Assembly (NCBI GenBank): GCA_964474445.1
Contig: CAYYSJ010000002.1
Span: 119,570 to 183,569 of the forward strand
DNA: 64,000 bases
Direction: 5' to 3'
From: an uncultured Gammaproteobacteria bacterium
GTDB taxonomy: Bacteria > Patescibacteriota > Microgenomatia > Levybacterales > UBA12049
Shown in pieces: positions 57,602 to 64,000 of the stretch; within the stretch, counting starts at the first letter, position 1; each line of letters opens with the position of its first letter. Made by a program: the position numbers and the translations under genes. The notes beneath the pieces were generated by a model that had not been told where the DNA came from, searched no databases, and saw only the letters and a program-made list of their open reading frames with translations.

Positions 57602-58837
57602 ATGGCAAACGATGTATTAGATTTAGAGAAAAAACTCCTTGAAAAACAAGAAAAATTAGACGAACTCAAAGAGAGATTAGAAAAAGAAAAAGAAGAATAC
57701 CGTGAAAAGCTTCAACAGCTTGCTCATCTGACAGCAGATGAAGCAAGAAAAGCCCTCATGGAAGAGACAGAGAGGTCCGAGGCAGCATCTGTTGCGAAAC
57801 TTATTAAAGAGCGTGAAGAAGAGGCAAAAAGAACAGCAGATAGAAAAGCCCAAGAAGTCATCGTCGAGGCAATGAGACATGGCACCATTAATTATGTTGC
57901 TGAATTTACTGTCTCAATTGTGAAGGTTGAAGATGAAGAAATGAAGGGTCGAATTATTGGAAAAGAGGGCCGAAATATCAGGGCTTTTGAATCTGCAACT
58001 GGCGTTGATATTGATTTAGATGAGGAGGGTGTCATTAGACTTTCTTCATTTGATAGTATAAGACGGGAAATTGCTCGACGAGCACTTGAAGTTCTTTTGA
58101 AAGACACAAGAATCCAGCCTTTCAGAATTGAAGAAGTTGTTAATCAAACCAAACAAGATCTGGAAAAGATTATGTTTCAGGAAGGAGAAAAACTTGCTCA
58201 TGAAGCAGGGGTTTTTAGTTTACCAGTGGATCTTATTAAGATGCTCGGTCGCTTTAAATTCAGAACTTCTTATGGACAAAACCTCATTACCCATTCTTTA
58301 GAAGTAAGTAAAATTGCTGTTGGGATTGCTGAAGAAATTGGTGCAGATGTTGATGTTGTCAGACTTGGTGGATTGCTGCATGATATTGGAAAAGTTGTTG
58401 AGGGTGAAGGAAGTCACGTTAAATTAGGAGTTGAGCTTCTTAAGAGATATGGGCTTCCAGAAACCATTGTTAATACTGTTGCTGAGCATCATGAGGACAA
58501 ACCTTTCTCTTCTGTTGAATCAGTTATAGTGCATATTGCTGACCAAGCATCAGGTGGACGACCCGGTGCAAGATATGAGGATGTTGAAAAATATGCAAAT
58601 AGACTGAAGGAAATGGAAGAAATGGCAAAGAAATACGAGGGAGTTGAAGATGCATATGCTTTCGAAGCAGGACGAGAATTGCGAGTGATTATTAATCCTG
58701 GTAAATTAGATGATGCACAGACTGTTATTATTGCAAAGAAATTGCGAGACGAAATTAGTAATTCCTTAGCGATTCCAGGAGAAGTAAAAGTAACTGCAAT
58801 TCGAGAATTCCGTGCTGTTTCAGGGGAAAGTCTATAA
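57602..58837 (+). CDS. rny: Ribonuclease Y (coiled-coil, KH and HD domains; no N-terminal TM encoded in this ORF)
   Basis: Collinear with B. subtilis RNase Y from the coiled-coil onward (GRIIGKEGRNIR, LKFRTSYGQN, LLHDIGK, VAEHH). Confidence 0.85.
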   Translation: MANDVLDLEKKLLEKQEKLDELKERLEKEKEEYREKLQQLAHLTADEARKALMEETERSEAASVAKLIKEREEEAKRTADRKAQEVIVEAMRHGTINYVAEFTVSIVKVEDEEMKGRIIGKEGRNIRAFESATGVDIDLDEEGVIRLSSFDSIRREIARRALEVLLKDTRIQPFRIEEVVNQTKQDLEKIMFQEGEKLAHEAGVFSLPVDLIKMLGRFKFRTSYGQNLITHSLEVSKIAVGIAEEIGADVDVVRLGGLLHDIGKVVEGEGSHVKLGVELLKRYGLPETIVNTVAEHHEDKPFSSVESVIVHIADQASGGRPGARYEDVEKYANRLKEMEEMAKKYEGVEDAYAFEAGRELRVIINPGKLDDAQTVIIAKKLRDEISNSLAIPGEVKVTAIREFRAVSGESL

Positions 58838-59325
58838 TTTACTCAATAACTTCTCTTCCAATTGCATAAATGCCATACCGATTGATTCTCTTTTCATAAT
58901 TACCTAAAGAATGGTAACTTTTTATTCTCTCCTCAATATTGTCGTCGCGTGAATATCCCTTCAGTTTCAAGCATGATTCTGATATCTGGGTAATGATGAA
59001 CAAAATGTACCATTGTTTCTATTTGTTCATGAGTTTTTTCATTTTCAAAGAGAATAGTATTGCCCTTTTTCATTTGTTTATAATCGTATATCTTGAAAAT
59101 CTTTTGGTGTTCTCCCTTCAATTTTTTAAATACCCTTTTTAATTGCGTGAAAAGGACGGGTTTTTAAAGATAAATAGTATTTCTATTGATAAACAATTCT
59201 ACACAATGATTTTCATAATTATAACATTAACAGATATATTGATATAGTTGGCCACATTGACAATATTCTCGTTTGAGTTGTATTGTTAATCTAATCTACA
59301 ACTGCCCTGATAGGAGGTGAAATAC

Positions 59326-59598
59326 ATGACAAAAAGAGATTTAATCGAACTCGTTGCAAAAAAAGCAAATCTTACCAACAAGGCAGCACGAGATAGTGTT
59401 CAAGCAATGCTTAATGCTGTCCGAGATTCTCTCAAAAGAGGAGAAAAAGTTGTTTTGACTGGATTTGGAACTTTCTCAGTGAGAAAGAGAGCAAGTAGAC
59501 CAGGTCGAAATCCAAAGACTGGTGCAAAGCTTACTATCGCTGCACGAAAAGCTCCTGGATTTACACCAGGTAAGACATTAAAGAAAGCAGTTCGCTAA
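59326..59598 (+). CDS. hup: HU-family DNA-binding protein
   Basis: MTKRDLIELVAKKANLTNKAARDSVQAMLNAV...GFGTFSVRKRASRPGRNPKTG. AGGAGG precedes the ATG at 59326. Confidence 0.85.
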   Translation: MTKRDLIELVAKKANLTNKAARDSVQAMLNAVRDSLKRGEKVVLTGFGTFSVRKRASRPGRNPKTGAKLTIAARKAPGFTPGKTLKKAVR

Positions 59599-59620
59599 GG
59601 TTATCTGCTTTCACATACTA

Positions 59621-59662
59621 AAGAGGTTTTTTACAATTTATTTGTGAGAAACCTCTTTTTTT
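59621..59662 (+). terminator. Intrinsic terminator after hup (AAGAGGTTT / AAACCTCTT stem with long loop + T-run)
   Basis: Inverted repeat followed by TTTTTTT. Confidence 0.55.
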
Positions 59663-59684
59663 GATACCATAACAGTTACTAGAT

Positions 59685-60668
59685 ATGAGTACAATTTCTG
59701 TTAAAAATTTAGTCAAAGAATATACAGTATATAAAAAAGAACCAGGATTTGTAGGTTCTTTAAAATCATTATTTTCTCGAAAATATGAAAAGGTGAGGGC
59801 AGTTGATGATATCTCCTTTGAAATAGAAGAAGGAGAATTAATCGGTTTTATTGGTCCAAATGGAGCAGGGAAAACAACAACGCTTAAGTGTTTGTCTGGT
59901 CTTTTATATCCAACGCATGGAGAGGTAAAAGTACTTGGATTTACCCCATTTGAGCGGAAAACAAAATTCTTAAAAAGTATTGCATTGGTAATGGGACAAA
60001 AAAATCAATTGTGGTGGGACTTGCCTGCCATGGAGAGTTTTTCACTAAATAAGGAAATTTACGAAATTCCAGACAAACAATTTCAAGAAGTAGTACATGA
60101 TTTATCAAAACTATTAGATGTAGAAGAATTCCTTAAAGTCCAAGTTCGCAAACTGTCATTAGGACAGAGAATGAAAATGGAATTAATTGCTGCGTTGTTG
60201 CATAATCCAAAAGTATTATTCTTGGATGAACCAACTATCGGTCTTGATGTTGTCATGCAACAGAATCTGCGTGAGTTTATTCGTGAATATAACAGAAAAT
60301 ATAAAGCAACAATATTGCTAACTTCTCACTATATGGGAGACGTAGAGGCATTGGCAAAAAGAGTGATAGTTATTAATCATGGGAAAATCTTATTTGATGG
60401 ACAACTCTCAGATTTGGTAAAAAAGCATGCTCCATATAAAGTGATTTCCGTGGTGCTCAATAATATGCCAAATCCGAAAATCCTCGAAGGAATGGGTGAA
60501 ATAGAGAAATTTAAATACCCGGAGTTAATTTTAAGAGTTCCAAGAGACAGGGCAAGTGAAATTGCAGGAATTATTCTTTCCAAACTTCCTGTTGAAGATG
60601 TAAATATTGAAAATCCGTCAGTGGAGGATATTATTCGAGATGTTTTTTCAGGAAGTCAGGCAAAATGA
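59685..60668 (+). CDS. ABC transporter ATP-binding protein (COG4586-like, with ~100 aa C-terminal extension)
   Basis: Walker A GPNGAGKTTT, the LSLGQRMKMEL signature, Walker B LFLDEPT and the H-loop. Confidence 0.85.
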   Translation: MSTISVKNLVKEYTVYKKEPGFVGSLKSLFSRKYEKVRAVDDISFEIEEGELIGFIGPNGAGKTTTLKCLSGLLYPTHGEVKVLGFTPFERKTKFLKSIALVMGQKNQLWWDLPAMESFSLNKEIYEIPDKQFQEVVHDLSKLLDVEEFLKVQVRKLSLGQRMKMELIAALLHNPKVLFLDEPTIGLDVVMQQNLREFIREYNRKYKATILLTSHYMGDVEALAKRVIVINHGKILFDGQLSDLVKKHAPYKVISVVLNNMPNPKILEGMGEIEKFKYPELILRVPRDRASEIAGIILSKLPVEDVNIENPSVEDIIRDVFSGSQAK

Positions 60669-60671
60669 CCT

Positions 60672-61451
60672 ATGCGCTATGCGAGAATACTTTTTCTTAA
60701 TTTTCAACAAGTTTTTGAAGAAAGAACACGCTCTTTTATTTGGTTTCTGCTATCTCTTTATGGACCTCTGTTAATGGTGCTTTTTTGGAGAGGAGCAAAG
60801 ACGAGTATCTCGTTCTCTTCAATTTCATCATATTATTTTCTTCTTGTTATTGGAGGATCTTTTCTTATGTCTCATTCAGAAGAGAATATCGCTCTTATTG
60901 ATATTCAAGAAGGTCGCTTAGGTAACTATATCCTTAAACCTTTTATATATTTCTTTGCTAAATGGATGGAAGAAATACCATATAGATTGTTGCAAGGATC
61001 TTTTGGAGTTATCACATTAATATTATTTTTATTCTTTTTTCATGTTCATATTCCTTCGTTTTCCTTTAAACCCTTGAATATCATCATGATGATACTACTC
61101 ACATTGGGTGCAGTAGTTCTTACGCAGATTTATAAAACCTGTTTGGGATTTATTGCATTTTGGATGACTGATGCGTATGGAATTTTTCAACTATCAGAAA
61201 TGCTCATATTTATTTTTGGAGGATACATTGTTCCTCTTTTCTTGTTTCCTCATACTATTGAAATTATTGCATACATAATCCCTTTTCCTTATATGCTCTA
61301 TTTCCCAGTAGCTGCCTTTGCTGGAGTATTTAGTCAATTGCAATTGCTTCTTATTCTTTTGGGGCAATTACTTTGGATTTGTTTTTTTATTGGTATATAT
61401 CTATTGCTGTGGAGAAAGGGTCTTAGAATTTTTGCTGGAGTAGGACAATAG
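60672..61451 (+). CDS. ABC-2-type permease paralog 1 (6 TM; GNYILKP motif)
   Basis: Hydrophobic 6-TM protein. It shares the G-x-Y-L-L-x-P motif with the three following paralogs. Confidence 0.7.
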   Translation: MRYARILFLNFQQVFEERTRSFIWFLLSLYGPLLMVLFWRGAKTSISFSSISSYYFLLVIGGSFLMSHSEENIALIDIQEGRLGNYILKPFIYFFAKWMEEIPYRLLQGSFGVITLILFLFFFHVHIPSFSFKPLNIIMMILLTLGAVVLTQIYKTCLGFIAFWMTDAYGIFQLSEMLIFIFGGYIVPLFLFPHTIEIIAYIIPFPYMLYFPVAAFAGVFSQLQLLLILLGQLLWICFFIGIYLLLWRKGLRIFAGVGQ

Positions 61452-61458
61452 AAAATCT

Positions 61459-62247
61459 ATGATAAGATATCTCAAAATTTATTTTTATTTACTAAAAATA
61501 AATATCTCATTACTTTTTGCGTATAGAGCAAACTTTTATAATGCAGCGTTAACGACAGTGGGATGGGGGATTATATCGATAACATCAATAATGCTTCTTA
61601 CGGCAAAGACATCAAGTGTATATGGGTGGAACCGTCAAGAGTTATATCTGTTGACTGGCTTGTACAGTATTATTATAGGAATTTTTCACATGTTTTTTTC
61701 TGCAAGTTTAGAACGTTTTGCACGAACAGTTAGTTTAGGGCAGTTGGATTCATATCTTTTAGCTCCTGTAGATGCGCAACTTTTCCTGAGTATCAAGAAT
61801 TTTCGTCCAGTCTCTATACTAAGGGTCATCATAGGAACTCTATTTACTCTCTATCTTCTGCAAACCATGCATATTATCTTTACATTTTTTACATTATTTG
61901 TTTTTATACTCTTTATCAGTATGGGTGTTTTACTGTTATATTCTGTTTGGTTTCTTGTAATTACTATTACAATTTGGAACCCAAATTTGTCTAATTTAGT
62001 AGATTTTCTATACAACTTTAGCAATCTTGGGAGATATCCTCCAGCGTTACTGCTTTATACAAGAAATATGGTGGTTTTTTTACTTATTCCTCTCACGCTT
62101 ATTGCTTCTGTACCTGCTCGAATAGCTTTGGGTAAAGTGACAACGATAGAAGTTATTGGCCTTGTCGGATTTTCCGTAGGCATTTTTACTCTCTCCCGTT
62201 ATTTTTGGAAATTTGCTTTACGACATTACACAAGTGCAAGTAATTGA
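61459..62247 (+). CDS. ABC-2-type permease paralog 2 (LDSYLLAP motif)
   Basis: 6-TM protein, paralogous to the neighbouring permeases. Confidence 0.7.
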   Translation: MIRYLKIYFYLLKINISLLFAYRANFYNAALTTVGWGIISITSIMLLTAKTSSVYGWNRQELYLLTGLYSIIIGIFHMFFSASLERFARTVSLGQLDSYLLAPVDAQLFLSIKNFRPVSILRVIIGTLFTLYLLQTMHIIFTFFTLFVFILFISMGVLLLYSVWFLVITITIWNPNLSNLVDFLYNFSNLGRYPPALLLYTRNMVVFLLIPLTLIASVPARIALGKVTTIEVIGLVGFSVGIFTLSRYFWKFALRHYTSASN

Positions 62248-62296
62248 CAGTATATGTTAACCTGAGTTTGTTTGCTGGCAAATCGAAATCTACTAT

Positions 62297-63100
62297 ATGA
62301 AAAAATTGACAACATATTGGCTCGTTGCAAAGAATACATGGGATGAGGCTTTAACATATCGTCTCAATTTTGCTGTTTGGAGACTGCGAGTTTTCCTTTC
62401 ACTGATATCAACCTATTTTTTGTGGTTAACACTTTTGCCAAAAGGTTCAACAATTGGGATTTACAATCAAGCCTCAATGCTCACTTATATTTTGGGAGGG
62501 TCAATTATGTACTCGATTGTTATGTCAACAAGGGCAGCTGGAGTAGCAGATGATATTGTTCAAGGGAATTTATCTAATTACTTGCTCCGTCCGGTTAATT
62601 ATATTTTCTATTATTTTTCAAAAGATATTGGAGATAAGGCAATGAATATTGCTTTTTCATTATTTGAAATATCTCTTGTTTTTCTATTGCTTCGTCCGCC
62701 TTTTTTCATCCAAACAAATCTTTTGTATATCATACCCTTTACTATTTCTGTTTTATTAGCTGTATGTATTAATTTTTATCTGAATATGATGCTTTCATTC
62801 ATAGGATTCTTTAGCTCAGAAGCCTGGGCACCTCGCTTTATTTTTTATATTCTTCTTACCTTTTTTGCAGGTTCTCTGTTTCCTCTTGATATTTTCCCAG
62901 CACCAATTTATCTATTTCTTAAATTACTGCCATTTTCATATTTACTCTATTCTCCAATGAAGATCTATCTTGGGCAAATGTCTCCTTTAAATATAGCTAT
63001 TAACCTTGTATTGGCAATACTCTGGACAGTACTGTTGTATTTTTTCGTTAACTTACTTTGGAAGAAAGGTTTGCGATTGTATACTGCAGAGGGTAGATAA
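62297..63100 (+). CDS. ABC-2-type permease paralog 3 (LSNYLLRP motif)
   Basis: 6-TM protein, paralogous to the neighbouring permeases. Confidence 0.7.
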   Translation: MKKLTTYWLVAKNTWDEALTYRLNFAVWRLRVFLSLISTYFLWLTLLPKGSTIGIYNQASMLTYILGGSIMYSIVMSTRAAGVADDIVQGNLSNYLLRPVNYIFYYFSKDIGDKAMNIAFSLFEISLVFLLLRPPFFIQTNLLYIIPFTISVLLAVCINFYLNMMLSFIGFFSSEAWAPRFIFYILLTFFAGSLFPLDIFPAPIYLFLKLLPFSYLLYSPMKIYLGQMSPLNIAINLVLAILWTVLLYFFVNLLWKKGLRLYTAEGR

Positions 63101-63103
63101 GAT

Positions 63104-63886
63104 ATGCGAAAATACTTTATTATTTGGTGGACTCTTACTAGTAATGCAACCCAAATTGCCTTTACATCTCGTTTAGGTGCTCTTATTTTTCTTATAGGCA
63201 AAGTTCTCCGATTTGTCTTTTTCTTTTTTATTCTTTTTGTTCTACTTGCACGGACCAAATCACTCGCTGGATATACAGCACAACAAGTTTTTTTCTTCTA
63301 TCTTACTTTTTGTATTGTTGATAATATCCCCCAGATGTTTTTTAGAGAAGTCTATCGTTTCCGGCAGCAGGTTGTTTCAGGAGATTTTGATTATTATCTT
63401 CTGAAACCAATATCAACGCTTTTCAGGTCTATTGTTGGAGGAGCAGATATCCTAGATGTCCCACTTACTAGTATTTATATCGGCCTTCTTATTTTTGTTG
63501 GTCTTCATCTGCCAGGAGTGACCGTATTTAATACCGTCCTCTATGTCATATTGTTGATAAATGCTCTTGTTATTGCATTTGCGTTTCATATATTCGTTGT
63601 TAGCCTTGGGATTCTTACAACAGAGGTTGATAATGCAATTATGCTTTACAGAGACTTTACACAAATGGGAAGATTTCCTGTTGATATATATAAGCAACCA
63701 TTACGAGGTATACTAACACTTGTTATCCCAATTGGTATTATGATGACCTTCCCTGCAAAGGCATTCATGGGTATTCTTTCCTGGCAAATTCTTATTGCAT
63801 CCATTGGGGTAGGTGCTATATTTTTGTTTTTGAGCTTTACTCTATGGAGATATGCATTGAATTCTTATTCAAGTGCAAGTAGTTAA
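63104..63886 (+). CDS. ABC-2-type permease paralog 4 (FDYYLLKP motif)
   Basis: 6-TM protein, paralogous to the neighbouring permeases. Confidence 0.7.
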   Translation: MRKYFIIWWTLTSNATQIAFTSRLGALIFLIGKVLRFVFFFFILFVLLARTKSLAGYTAQQVFFFYLTFCIVDNIPQMFFREVYRFRQQVVSGDFDYYLLKPISTLFRSIVGGADILDVPLTSIYIGLLIFVGLHLPGVTVFNTVLYVILLINALVIAFAFHIFVVSLGILTTEVDNAIMLYRDFTQMGRFPVDIYKQPLRGILTLVIPIGIMMTFPAKAFMGILSWQILIASIGVGAIFLFLSFTLWRYALNSYSSASS

Positions 63887-64000
63887 AGGAAATCTCTGAC
63901 ATGTGAGAAAGCAAAATTGTCAGAAGGGACATACTATTGTCGGCGATTTTTTAGTCTTTATGCTTGTTTAGTGCTATAATACTCCTATGGTTGTTAATAG

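Noticed and set aside
58933-59121. 62-aa minus-strand ORF in the rny-hup intergenic region
   Set aside because: It starts with TTG, has no convincing RBS or promoter, and I recognise no family for it. The region is otherwise AT-rich promoter/terminator space for hup.
1-64000. CRISPR arrays, rRNA genes, IS/transposases, integrases
   Set aside because: No regular direct-repeat/spacer pattern, no rRNA-like conserved blocks and no transposase/integrase-like ORF were seen. The only short direct repeat noted (TTCTGAGTATT / TTCTGAGTTATT at about 47271-47303, upstream of the infA promoter) is a single pair.

Overview
This is an AT-rich window (roughly 38-40% GC by eye) from a small-genome bacterium. 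Its backbone is translation and transcription machinery, in this order: a sortase with an unusual membrane protein, alaS, rpoB-rpoC-rpsL-rpsG, a CorC/CNNM transporter, cyclophilin, fusA, and then an accessory block. The accessory block holds an HD-domain hydrolase, a YdhS-like flavoprotein, an SDR, a HIT protein, a two-subunit ATP-citrate lyase, a GC-richer patch of small basic ORFs, membrane proteins and a GH18 hydrolase. After that come tuf, a SET-domain protein, a HAD hydrolase and rpsJ standing alone. A histidine phosphatase follows, then a contiguous rplC-to-rplO ribosomal block (rpmD/L30 absent), secY-adk, two extra kinases, map-infA-rpmJ-rpsM-rpsK-rpsD-rpoA-rplQ-rplM-rpsI, and a minus-strand cupin / PNPOx-like / BHMT-type homocysteine methyltransferase operon. 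The window ends with tRNA-Pro, recA-recX, RNase Y, HU and an ABC ATPase followed by four paralogous permeases. The missing L30, the Z-type S14 and the low-complexity K/E/A-rich tails on several r-proteins fit a Patescibacteria/CPR-like or similarly reduced lineage, but I cannot verify taxonomy from here. The strongest non-obvious signals are three. First, a Met-codon-rich 20-codon leader ORF with mutually exclusive antiterminator/terminator hairpins sits directly upstream of the BHMT-family gene, a candidate methionine leader-peptide attenuator. Second, a recurring extended -10 TTGCTATAAT lies 6-9 nt before start codons (alaS, CNNM, SET, recA variant), implying leaderless mRNAs and correcting several over-extended ORF starts. 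Third, a sortase is translationally coupled to a large bitopic protein that has a degenerate actin-like (FtsA/PilM-fold) cytoplasmic domain and a Ser/Thr-rich extracellular domain. No CRISPR array, rRNA or obvious IS/transposase was seen.
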